Made by a program: the position numbers and the translations under genes. Shown piece after piece: positions 1-8,399 of a DNA stretch of 25,122 nt (positions are counted from its first letter, which is position 1; every line of letters begins with the position of its first letter). The notes under the pieces were generated by a model. The model had not been told where the DNA came from, ran no database searches, and saw only the letters and a program-made list of their open reading frames with translations. This stretch comes from a bacterium (GTDB taxonomy: Bacteria; Fidelibacterota; Marinisomatia; Marinisomatales; Marinisomataceae): positions 1-25,122 of the forward strand of contig JALRJJ010000095.1 in NCBI GenBank assembly GCA_023255095.1, in the 5' to 3' direction.

Positions 1-220
1 TATTAATTTACAAGGAATAACAGCTCCGGCCCAGTTACATCAAAAAATAAATAAGAATAGAGTTCCAATAAATGGAATCCACTCTCGGTAGAAACTTTCA
101 CCTAACTGATTTCGTGCAATATCTACAACAAAGTCTACTGCGGATTCCATAAAGTTTTGCCAACTATGAGGAATTCGATTAACTTCACGAGTACCTAGGA
201 ATGAAAAAATTATTATTTTT
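1..220 (-). pseudogene. atpI: Fragment of F0 ATP synthase subunit a (CF0-IV), red-lineage plastid type; disrupted and probably foreign to this contig
   Basis: The minus strand reads [71 protein letters not shown]. From recall this matches plastid AtpI ([36 protein letters not shown]). There is an in-frame TGA at 40-42, no recognisable N-terminus, and the frame runs off the window start. The right boundary is approximate (200-220). Confidence 0.8.
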
Positions 221-1478
221 ATTAACAATATTATTTGCACAAAATAAAATTTTATTAGATCAAGTTTCGGCAATTGTCGACAATAAAATTGTTTTACTTA
301 GCGACGTTGTTTTAGCTACAAATGCTTTAGCAGTTCAACAAAATATTAATCCATCAATAAATCAATCTGCATATAAAAAACTACTAAATGAATCACTTGA
401 AAGTATGATTGAGCAACAGGTTATAATTAAAATGGCAGAGCAAGATTCTGTGGAAGTATTAGAAAAGGATATTGATAGGGCTCTTGATAAGCAAATTGAA
501 AACTTAATAAATCAAGCTGGAAATAAAGAAAATGCTGAAAGAATGTTAGGAAAAAAAATATCTGATTTTAAAAGAAATTATCGTGATGACATAAAAGGAA
601 AGCTTTTATCAGAAAAATATACTCAACAACTAACCTCAAATATATCAGTAAATAGAAAAGATGTTGAAGATTTTTATAAAACTTATAAAGATAGTTTACC
701 TATACTGCCAACCTTATATGATACTCGCCATTTATTAATAGAATTTAGTGTTTCTGATGATTCTAATTTAAAAGCATTAAATAAAATACAATCTATAAGA
801 GAAGAAATATTAGTAAAAAACAATTTTGAAGATATGGCTAAACAATTTTCTAATGATCCCGGATCAAAAGAAAATGGAGGGATGTTAGGCACCGCTTCTC
901 GTGGAACATTTGTAAAAGAATTTGAACAAGCTGCTTTTACTTTAGATTTAAATATCCTGAGTGAACCTATAAAAACTGAATTTGGATACCATCTCATATA
1001 TGTTTTAGATAGAAGTGGAGAAAAAGTTACTTTAAAACATATATTAATTCGTCCTGAAATTAGTGAAGCAGATAAAAAAAATACTTATCTAAAAGCAGTT
1101 GAATTAGAAAAACAAATAAAAAATAAAAGTGATTTTCTGAGATTAGTAAACGAATTTTCGGATGATGATCAAAGTAGATCTAATGGTGGTTTTTTAGGAA
1201 AAATTGATATTAAACAATATGGAATAAAAGAATTAGCAGAAGGAATACAAAAATTAGAAATCAATAAAGCAAGTACTCCTATTCAAACAGAATTTGGATA
1301 TCATATTTTATGGGTAGACTCCAAATCAGAAGGTGGAATTATTACTATTGAAAAAAATTGGACTCAACTGGAAGAATTTGCTCTGAATAAAAAGAAATCA
1401 GAATGGTACAATGAATGGATAAATGATATAAAAAACAACTTTTATATCAAAAGAAATCCACTTAATTATCCACAATAG
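201..1478 (+). CDS. surA: SurA-like periplasmic chaperone / parvulin-type peptidyl-prolyl isomerase with two PPIase domains
   Basis: 425 aa ORF. Signal peptide [14 protein letters not shown]; SurA N-domain '[18 protein letters not shown]'; two rotamase motifs ([14 protein letters not shown]...FEQAAF...[13 protein letters not shown] and [14 protein letters not shown]...[13 protein letters not shown]). Confidence 0.85.
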   Translation: MKKLLFLLTILFAQNKILLDQVSAIVDNKIVLLSDVVLATNALAVQQNINPSINQSAYKKLLNESLESMIEQQVIIKMAEQDSVEVLEKDIDRALDKQIENLINQAGNKENAERMLGKKISDFKRNYRDDIKGKLLSEKYTQQLTSNISVNRKDVEDFYKTYKDSLPILPTLYDTRHLLIEFSVSDDSNLKALNKIQSIREEILVKNNFEDMAKQFSNDPGSKENGGMLGTASRGTFVKEFEQAAFTLDLNILSEPIKTEFGYHLIYVLDRSGEKVTLKHILIRPEISEADKKNTYLKAVELEKQIKNKSDFLRLVNEFSDDDQSRSNGGFLGKIDIKQYGIKELAEGIQKLEINKASTPIQTEFGYHILWVDSKSEGGIITIEKNWTQLEEFALNKKKSEWYNEWINDIKNNFYIKRNPLNYPQ

Positions 1479-1720
1479 TAATTCATAATATAGATATTTA
1501 TTTTTTCTTCAGTTATTAAGATAATTTCAATATAATTATTCCATTTATGCACATTTATTTTTTATAGATTTTAAGTCATATTTTTTAAGAAATTATATAA
1601 GTTATTAACATTTTAAGGCCCTTATTATTACTATTATTTTTTTATATTAAATATTTAATAGATATATAAGAGTTAAAGCTTGTGAACAACTAGAAAATAT
1701 AATAATATTGTAAACTAATT
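1466..1720. other. Putative chromosomal replication origin (oriC)
   Basis: Very AT-rich intergenic region upstream of dnaN. DnaA boxes: TTATCCACA 1466-1474 (perfect), TTATGCACA 1545-1553, TTATTAACA 1602-1610 (1 mismatch), reverse TGTGAACAA 1681-1689 (1 mismatch). Also GGCCC 1617-1621, trio run 1622-1636 and a downstream AT-rich tract. Confidence 0.8.
1602..1660 (+). promoter_or_regulatory. Basal unwinding element: DnaA box, GC-rich spacer, DnaA-trios, AT-rich tract
   Basis: TTATTAACA-ttttaa-GGCCC-TTA TTA TTA CTA TTA-TTTTTTTATATTAAATATTTAATA. Order and orientation relative to dnaN match the B. subtilis incC unwinding site as I recall it (GGCC-CTACTATTACTTCTACTA-TTTTTTATAAATATAT). Confidence 0.7.
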
Positions 1721-2827
1721 ATGAATATCTCAACAACTAAAAAAGAACTACAATTAGCTTTTAATAAATTATCTAAAACATCACAATTAAAATCTCAGAA
1801 TCCATTAATTAATTATACTTATATATCATCTAGTGTTTCTGGGGTTATTTTACATTCGACCGATTTAGAAGTAGGTATTAAAACTCAAATTACTGCTTCA
1901 ATAAATTCAGCGGGAGAAGGTCTTTTTCCAACAGCTGAAATGAGTGAAATTATAAATGCAATTGAAGACGGTCGAGTTGATATTGATATATCTGGCCCGC
2001 ATATAAACATTAAATCTGAAAAAGGGATTTCTTTTGATATATCTACTATTCCTTTTCAAGATTATCCTAATATACCAGAGAATAAACATGAATTAATTTT
2101 TTCAATAAAATCAAATATCCTAAATGAAATTATTGATCAGGTTATTTATATTATAAAGGTTGATCCTAGTAAACCTGCTTTATCTGGAACATGTTTTTCA
2201 TTTAAAGAAAATCAAATTGATTTTGTATCAACTGATGGACATAGATTAATTAAGGTTTCAACTCAGAATAAAACTAACATTAATGGTAGTTTTATTATTC
2301 CTAGAAAATTTTTAAATATTTTAAATAATTTTTTACAAGATACTGAAGAGGTAAATATTATTTTCAGTGGTGATTATGTATTTTGTAATAATTCAAAAGA
2401 TGTATTTTATTCAAAAATCATTGATGAAAAATTTCCTAATTATGAAGCTGTAATCCCTTCAGAAAATCCTAATAAATTAATATTAGATAAAACTGATATG
2501 TCTTCTGCATTAAAGGCTGCATCAATTGCTGTTAATAAAAATACAAATCAAATTTCTTTAAATTTTGATGAAGGAAAAGTTTTTATTAAAAGTATCAATC
2601 AATCTGATAATAAAACTGTCTATGCTCCTTTAAAATCTGCTAAATATAATGGTGATAAATGTATTATTGGTTTTAATCTGCAATATTTAAAAGATGCAGT
2701 TTCTAAATATCCTGATGAAGAATTAGTTATTAATTTTAAAAATGAGTCTTCTGCTGTTTTACTACAACCAAAATCAAAAAATATAAATTTAACCAGTTTA
2801 ATAATGCCGGTGAGAATAAATGAGTAA
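1721..2827 (+). CDS. dnaN: DNA polymerase III beta sliding clamp
   Basis: 368 aa. Motifs STDLEV, STDGHRL, FPNYEAVIP, IGFNLQYLKDAV and C-terminal LIMPVRI; lies upstream of gyrB. Confidence 0.93.
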   Translation: MNISTTKKELQLAFNKLSKTSQLKSQNPLINYTYISSSVSGVILHSTDLEVGIKTQITASINSAGEGLFPTAEMSEIINAIEDGRVDIDISGPHINIKSEKGISFDISTIPFQDYPNIPENKHELIFSIKSNILNEIIDQVIYIIKVDPSKPALSGTCFSFKENQIDFVSTDGHRLIKVSTQNKTNINGSFIIPRKFLNILNNFLQDTEEVNIIFSGDYVFCNNSKDVFYSKIIDEKFPNYEAVIPSENPNKLILDKTDMSSALKAASIAVNKNTNQISLNFDEGKVFIKSINQSDNKTVYAPLKSAKYNGDKCIIGFNLQYLKDAVSKYPDEELVINFKNESSAVLLQPKSKNINLTSLIMPVRINE

Positions 2828-4766
2828 TAATTCTACATATAGTGCTGATAAAATTTCAGTTTTAAAAGGTTTAGAAGCAGTACGTAAAAGACCTGCAATG
2901 TATATAGGTGATATTGGAAAAAGAGGATATCATCATTTAGTAAGCGAAGTTGTTGATAATAGTATTGATGAGGCTCTAGCTGGTTATTGTACTAAAATTA
3001 TTGTAACAATTAAAAGTGATGGGTTTATTTCAATTGAAGATAATGGAAGAGGAATTCCAATTGATATTCATAAGGAAGAAAAAAAACCTGCCTTAGAAGT
3101 TGTTATGACAGTTTTACATGCTGGTGGAAAATTTGATAAAAATACCTATAAAGTTTCTGGAGGATTACATGGAGTTGGTGTTTCAGTTGTTAATGCCCTA
3201 TCGGAATCTTTAATAGCAGAAGTTCATAGAGATGGTTTTTGTTATAAACAAACATATTCTTTAGGTCAACCAACGTCTGCTTTAGAAAAAATAGGAACGA
3301 GTAATAAGACAGGTACTATTATTACATTTATGCCTGATCATTCAGTCTTCACTCATAAAGGATTTGAAGAAGATGTTATTAAGGGAAGGCTAAAGGAATT
3401 AGCATATTTAAATAAAGATTTATCTATTACCCTAAACAATGAGTATGAAGATTCATCTATTGAATATTGCTTTCCTGGAGGGTTATCTGATTTTGTAAAA
3501 TATTTAGATGGAAACGAAGATTTAATTCATGATGAAATAATTGTTGTAAATAAAGAAGATATTGAGGTTCCTGTTGATCTTGCTTTGAGATATAGTAGCA
3601 ATTATAATAGTAACATTTTTTCTTTTGTTAATAATATTAATACTATTGAAGGTGGTACACATTTATCAGGATTTAGATCAGCATTAACTAGAGCATTAAA
3701 TAACTATGCTAACAAAAATGATTTAATCAAAACAACTAAAAGTGAAAATTTTTCTCTTTCAGGAGACGATTTTAGAGAAGGATTAACTGCAATTTTATCT
3801 GTGAAGGTTCAAGAGCCACAGTTTGAAGGGCAAACTAAAACAAAACTTGGAAATGGTGAAGTAAAAGGTTTAGTTGATAATATTATTTATGATGGAATTC
3901 AAGCCTTCTTAGAACAAAACCCTGCAGTCGCTAAAAAGATAATTGATAAAGCTGCTGAAGCTGCAAGAGCAAGACTTGCTGCAAAAAAAGCAAGAGAATT
4001 AGTTAGAAAAAAATCTGGATTAGGATCATCAACCTTACCAGGAAAATTAGCCGACTGTTCGAATAAAGACCCTATGCAATGTGAAATTTTTTTAGTTGAG
4101 GGTGATTCAGCTGGTGGTACAGCTAAACAAGGTAGAGATCGAAGAACTCAAGCTATACTTCCCTTAAGAGGAAAAGTAATAAATTCTGAAAAAGCTCGTG
4201 AAGATAAACTCTTAGCTAATAATGAAATTCAATCAATGATTACTGCTCTTGGTAGTGGGTTTGGTGAAAATGAAGATGATCCAAATAGCTTTGATTCTGA
4301 AAAATTAAGATATCATAAAGTAGTTATTATGACTGATGCTGATGTTGATGGTAGTCATATTAGAACGCTACTTTTAACTTTTTTCTGGAGAAAAATGAAA
4401 AAACTTGTCCAGGAAGGGTATTTATATATGGCTATGCCACCACTATATAAATTAAAACAAGGCAAAAAGGAAAGATATGCTTATACTGATGCCGAGAGAG
4501 ATATTATGATTCAAAGGCTTGAATCAGAAAATTCATCAACAAAAATTGATATTCAGCGCTATAAAGGTTTAGGAGAAATGAATGCTGAACAACTATGGGA
4601 AACCACTATGAACCCAGAGACAAGAACTTTAATTCAGGTAACAGTTGATCATATTATGGAAGAAGAAACAAATGTTCGTTTTAGAGAGTTAATGGGAACT
4701 GAGGTAGAACATAGAAGAACTTTTATTACTGATAGAGCAAAATTTGCAACAAACATTGATATATAA
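2820..4766 (+). CDS. gyrB: DNA gyrase subunit B (short form without the ~170 aa proteobacterial insertion)
   Basis: 648 aa. GHKL motifs ([42 protein letters not shown]); TOPRIM motifs VEGDSAGG and [11 protein letters not shown]; [10 protein letters not shown]. Confidence 0.97.
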   Translation: MSNNSTYSADKISVLKGLEAVRKRPAMYIGDIGKRGYHHLVSEVVDNSIDEALAGYCTKIIVTIKSDGFISIEDNGRGIPIDIHKEEKKPALEVVMTVLHAGGKFDKNTYKVSGGLHGVGVSVVNALSESLIAEVHRDGFCYKQTYSLGQPTSALEKIGTSNKTGTIITFMPDHSVFTHKGFEEDVIKGRLKELAYLNKDLSITLNNEYEDSSIEYCFPGGLSDFVKYLDGNEDLIHDEIIVVNKEDIEVPVDLALRYSSNYNSNIFSFVNNINTIEGGTHLSGFRSALTRALNNYANKNDLIKTTKSENFSLSGDDFREGLTAILSVKVQEPQFEGQTKTKLGNGEVKGLVDNIIYDGIQAFLEQNPAVAKKIIDKAAEAARARLAAKKARELVRKKSGLGSSTLPGKLADCSNKDPMQCEIFLVEGDSAGGTAKQGRDRRTQAILPLRGKVINSEKAREDKLLANNEIQSMITALGSGFGENEDDPNSFDSEKLRYHKVVIMTDADVDGSHIRTLLLTFFWRKMKKLVQEGYLYMAMPPLYKLKQGKKERYAYTDAERDIMIQRLESENSSTKIDIQRYKGLGEMNAEQLWETTMNPETRTLIQVTVDHIMEEETNVRFRELMGTEVEHRRTFITDRAKFATNIDI

Positions 4767-4768
4767 AA

Positions 4769-7249
4769 ATGGATATTGGAAGAGATAATATAGTTGATAA
4801 ACAGCTTCTAAAAGAGCTAGAAGAAAGTTATCTAAATTATTCTATGTCTGTAATTATGTCTCGTGCTCTTCCCGATGCAAGAGACGGTTTAAAGCCTGTA
4901 CATAGAAGAATTTTATACACAATGAGTGAATTGGGTTGTTTTTGGAATAGGCCCTATAAAAAATCTGCCAGAGTTGTTGGCGATGTTTTGGGTAAATATC
5001 ACCCCCATGGAGATAGCTCAATTTATGATGCTATGGTTCGAATGGCCCAAGATTTTTCAATGAGACATGAACTTATTCAAGGACAGGGAAATTTTGGATC
5101 AGTTGACGGTGATAGAGCTGCAGCTATGCGATATACTGAATCAAGAATGTCTAAAATTGGAAGCGAACTATTGCGAGACATTGATAAAGAAACAGTTGAT
5201 TGGATAAATAATTTTGATGAAACACTAAAAGAACCAGCAGTTCTTCCATCTGTGTTTCCTAATTTGTTAATCAACGGCTCAGAAGGTATTGCCGTAGGAA
5301 TGGCAACAAAAATTCCTCCCCACAACCTTTCTGAAACCATTAATGCCCTAGTACATCTTATTGAAAACCCTGAAGCTACCGTTGAAGATGTTATGAAATT
5401 TATCAAAGGACCCGACTTTCCAACCGGAGGAAAAGTTTTAGGTTTAGATGGAATAAAATCAGCCTATAAAACAGGTAGAGGCATTGTTAAGGTTCAGGGA
5501 ACAGCACATATTGAACCAAACTCAAAAGGAAAAGATTCTTTAATTATAACTGAACTCCCCTATCAGGTCAATAAAGCCCTTTTAGTTGAAAAAATTGCAA
5601 TTTTAGCTAGAGATAAAAAAATTGAGGGAATTTCTGAAATTAGGGATGAGTCTGATAAAGATGGAATGAGAGTTGTTATTGAAATCAAAAGAGATGCAGT
5701 TCCAGAGGTTGTTCTTAATCAGCTTTATAAACAAACTCAACTCCAAGACTCTTTTGGAATTATTCTTTTAGCGCTTGTTGATGGTACCCCAAAGGTAATG
5801 ACTATCAAAGAAATGTTGAGTGTTTTTATTTCCTTCAGACAGGAAATTGTTGTTAAAAGAACTCAGTTTGATTTAGGTAAAGCTAAAGATCGCGCCCATA
5901 TATTAGAAGGATTAAAAATAGCCCTAGAAAATATTGATAAAATTATTGATTTAATTAAATCAAGCGAAGACCCTCAAAGCGCAAAAGACGGCTTAATGAA
6001 TAATTTTTCTCTTTCAGAAAAACAATCTCAGGCAATTTTAGACATGAGGCTGCAAAAATTAACAGGGTTAGAAACCTCAAAAATAGTTGCTGAATACAAA
6101 GATACTCTTGAGCTAATTGAAGATTTAGAAAATATTTTGTCTAATGAATCAACTCAGATGAATATCATTAAAGAAGAGCTTCTTGAAATTAAAGAAAGCT
6201 ATGGAGAAGGAAGAAAAACAGAAATAGTTGCTGATTTTACATCTTTAAGCATTGAAGATATGATTGCTGAAGAAGACATGGTTTTAACCATAACACACAA
6301 TGGGTATATTAAAAGAACTAGTCTCACAACATATAGAAGCCAAAGAAGAGGGGGTAGAGGTGTTCAAGGAGCCTCTTCAAGAGAAGAAGATTTTGTAGAA
6401 CATTTGTTTATAGCAAACACACATAGCTACATATTGTTTTTTACAGATAAAGGGAAATGTTATTGGCAAAAAGTTTATGACGTTCCTGAGGGTGGAAGGG
6501 CAGCTAAAGGTAGAGCCGTAATTAACCTTATTGGTTGTGAACCAGATGAAAAAATAAGTGCCTTTATAAGTGTAAAAGAATTTAATGAAGATCATTTTGT
6601 TGTAATGGCAACTAAAAATGGTCTTGTCAAAAAAACCAAGCTGTCAGCATATTCAAAACCTAGAAAAGGCGGAATTTATGCAGTTGAAATCAAAGATGGA
6701 GACAGCTTAATTGAGGCAAGAGTTTCAACCGGAGATAACGACATTTTGTTAGGTACAAAAAATGGAAAGTCTATAAGATTTTCTGAAGAGCAAATTAGGC
6801 CCAGCGGAAGAAAAACAATGGGAGTAAAGGGTATTACTCTAAGCTCTAATGATGACAGATTAATAGGGATGCTTTTAATCAAGAGAGAAGGAACAGTTTT
6901 AGTTGTGTCAGAAAAGGGTTTTGGAAAAAGAACTGAAGTATCACACTATAGATCTCAAAAAAGAGGCGGCAAAGGGCTGCTAACAATTAAAATAACTGAG
7001 AAAATAGGAAAAATGGTTGCAATCAAGGAGGTTGTTGATGCAGACGACCTTATGATTATTACTAATCAGGGGGTTCTTATACGTTTGCCGGTATCACAAA
7101 TTAGAGCAATTGGAAGAGCCACACAAGGAGTAAGACTAATTAAGCTTGGTGAAGGAACAACCGTCTCATCTGTTACACGTATTATGCTTGAAGAGGATGA
7201 AGCAGAAAAAGATATTAATTATGCTGAACCTTCAAAAGAATCTGAATAA
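4769..7249 (+). CDS. gyrA: DNA gyrase subunit A
   Basis: 826 aa. [23 protein letters not shown], catalytic AAMRYTE, GyrA-box QRRGGRG in the beta-pinwheel CTD, acidic tail. Confidence 0.97.
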   Translation: MDIGRDNIVDKQLLKELEESYLNYSMSVIMSRALPDARDGLKPVHRRILYTMSELGCFWNRPYKKSARVVGDVLGKYHPHGDSSIYDAMVRMAQDFSMRHELIQGQGNFGSVDGDRAAAMRYTESRMSKIGSELLRDIDKETVDWINNFDETLKEPAVLPSVFPNLLINGSEGIAVGMATKIPPHNLSETINALVHLIENPEATVEDVMKFIKGPDFPTGGKVLGLDGIKSAYKTGRGIVKVQGTAHIEPNSKGKDSLIITELPYQVNKALLVEKIAILARDKKIEGISEIRDESDKDGMRVVIEIKRDAVPEVVLNQLYKQTQLQDSFGIILLALVDGTPKVMTIKEMLSVFISFRQEIVVKRTQFDLGKAKDRAHILEGLKIALENIDKIIDLIKSSEDPQSAKDGLMNNFSLSEKQSQAILDMRLQKLTGLETSKIVAEYKDTLELIEDLENILSNESTQMNIIKEELLEIKESYGEGRKTEIVADFTSLSIEDMIAEEDMVLTITHNGYIKRTSLTTYRSQRRGGRGVQGASSREEDFVEHLFIANTHSYILFFTDKGKCYWQKVYDVPEGGRAAKGRAVINLIGCEPDEKISAFISVKEFNEDHFVVMATKNGLVKKTKLSAYSKPRKGGIYAVEIKDGDSLIEARVSTGDNDILLGTKNGKSIRFSEEQIRPSGRKTMGVKGITLSSNDDRLIGMLLIKREGTVLVVSEKGFGKRTEVSHYRSQKRGGKGLLTIKITEKIGKMVAIKEVVDADDLMIITNQGVLIRLPVSQIRAIGRATQGVRLIKLGEGTTVSSVTRIMLEEDEAEKDINYAEPSKESE

Positions 7250-7889
7250 TGTTTTAGAAAATATTTCTAGAATTTCTTCTGGAAACCCTGTTGACCTGGT
7301 TGTTGTAACAAAAAATCAACCCGTGCAATTAATCAATCAATGTATTTCTTTTGGGGTTAATCAAATTGGCGAAAATCGAGTTCAGGAAGCTGAAAGTAAA
7401 TTTTCTCAACTAATTAATAATAAAATTGAAAAAAGAATGATTGGAAGACTCCAATCTAATAAAATCAAAAAAGCGGTCAAAATATTTGACTCAATAGATT
7501 CGGTTTCTAAGCTGGAACACCTTAATAAAATAAACGCTAACGCAGAAAAAGAAAATAAAATTCAAAGCATATTACTACAAATCAATATTTCTAATGACCA
7601 AAATAAAGACGGATTCCCCCCCAAAATTTTTTTAGAAAAAATTGAAAGCATTTTTTGTCATAATTATATTAATATTAAAGGAATGATGACTATTGGAAGT
7701 CTCGGCTTGTCTGAAGAAGAATCAATTAAAGATTTTAAAAAAATGAAGAGTTTTTATGATCAAGTTAATAAACAGCTTTCTCCGAACAAAAAAATGAAAA
7801 CCCTTTCTATGGGGATGAGTCAAGATTATCACCTTGCTATTCATGAAGGCTCTAATATGGTTAGGGTTGGCGGAGGAATTTTCGGATAA
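7221..7889 (+). CDS. yggS: YggS/PROSC family pyridoxal-phosphate homeostasis protein
   Basis: Motifs VVVTK (PLP lysine), [34 protein letters not shown] placed the start at ATG 7221 (MLNLQKNL) rather than the ORF-track TTG 7146, which gives a 29 nt overlap with the gyrA end. Confidence 0.9.
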   Translation: MLNLQKNLNNVLENISRISSGNPVDLVVVTKNQPVQLINQCISFGVNQIGENRVQEAESKFSQLINNKIEKRMIGRLQSNKIKKAVKIFDSIDSVSKLEHLNKINANAEKENKIQSILLQINISNDQNKDGFPPKIFLEKIESIFCHNYINIKGMMTIGSLGLSEEESIKDFKKMKSFYDQVNKQLSPNKKMKTLSMGMSQDYHLAIHEGSNMVRVGGGIFG

Positions 7890-7891
7890 AT

Positions 7892-8383
7892 ATGCTAGAT
7901 TTAAAAAACTGGTTTAACAAAAAACACTATTTTCGCCTTTGGAACGTTGGACCACCGGGCGCCCTTATAACCGGCATTTTTATTTATTTTATTTTATTTA
8001 TTGATAGAAAATATAATTTTTTTTCAATAAACATAGATGAATTTTGGATTAATATTTTTCTATGGATTGTAATTATTGAGGCGCTTTTTATTTTGTTTTG
8101 GATATTGTTTAGTCTCCCACCAACAGAAAGAGGAAGAAAGCTTTCACAAAAAGGAGTATACAAATTTATACGACACCCAGTCTATACGGTAATTATTTAT
8201 CATACCCCAATAATATTTTCTCTTTTAAACAGGTCTATTATTTTGTTGATTTCCATTCCCTTAATTCACTTTTTTTGGTCAAAAATTATTATTTTTGAAG
8301 AAGATTATCTCGTTGGTATTTTTGGAGATAAATATTTAGAATATGCAAAAAAAACACCAAGATTTTTTCCAAAAATTTTTTAA
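7892..8383 (+). CDS. Isoprenylcysteine carboxyl methyltransferase (ICMT/STE14/PEMT) family membrane protein
   Basis: 163 aa with hydrophobic TM segments. Motifs 'LSQKGVYKFIRHPVY' and 'EEDYLVGIFGDKYLEYAKKTPRFFP'. Confidence 0.8.
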   Translation: MLDLKNWFNKKHYFRLWNVGPPGALITGIFIYFILFIDRKYNFFSINIDEFWINIFLWIVIIEALFILFWILFSLPPTERGRKLSQKGVYKFIRHPVYTVIIYHTPIIFSLLNRSIILLISIPLIHFFWSKIIIFEEDYLVGIFGDKYLEYAKKTPRFFPKIF

Positions 8384-8399
8384 AAGTTAGGAGAAGTAA

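Noticed and set aside
40-273. ORF-track 77 aa minus-strand ORF as a real gene
   Set aside because: Its N-terminal part is the antisense of the surA signal peptide. Only the C-terminal part is AtpI-like, and that similarity continues past the stop, so it is a composite.
4990-5040. Possible quinolone-resistance substitution in the GyrA QRDR
   Set aside because: HGDSSIYD keeps Ser and Asp at the positions equivalent to E. coli 83 and 87.
7171-7186. parS-like half site TGTTACACGT (and GTTACGTGAAC near 15236-15246)
   Set aside because: Neither forms the 16 bp palindrome TGTTTCACGTGAAACA; both are within coding sequence and have many mismatches.
7146-7220. N-terminal extension of YggS overlapping gyrA by about 100 nt
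   Set aside because: It uses a TTG start and the sequence does not resemble YggS; ATG 7221 gives a typical length.
7977-8005. TTTTA/TTTA microsatellite-like stretch
   Set aside because: It encodes a Phe/Ile/Tyr transmembrane helix; low complexity is explained by codon bias.
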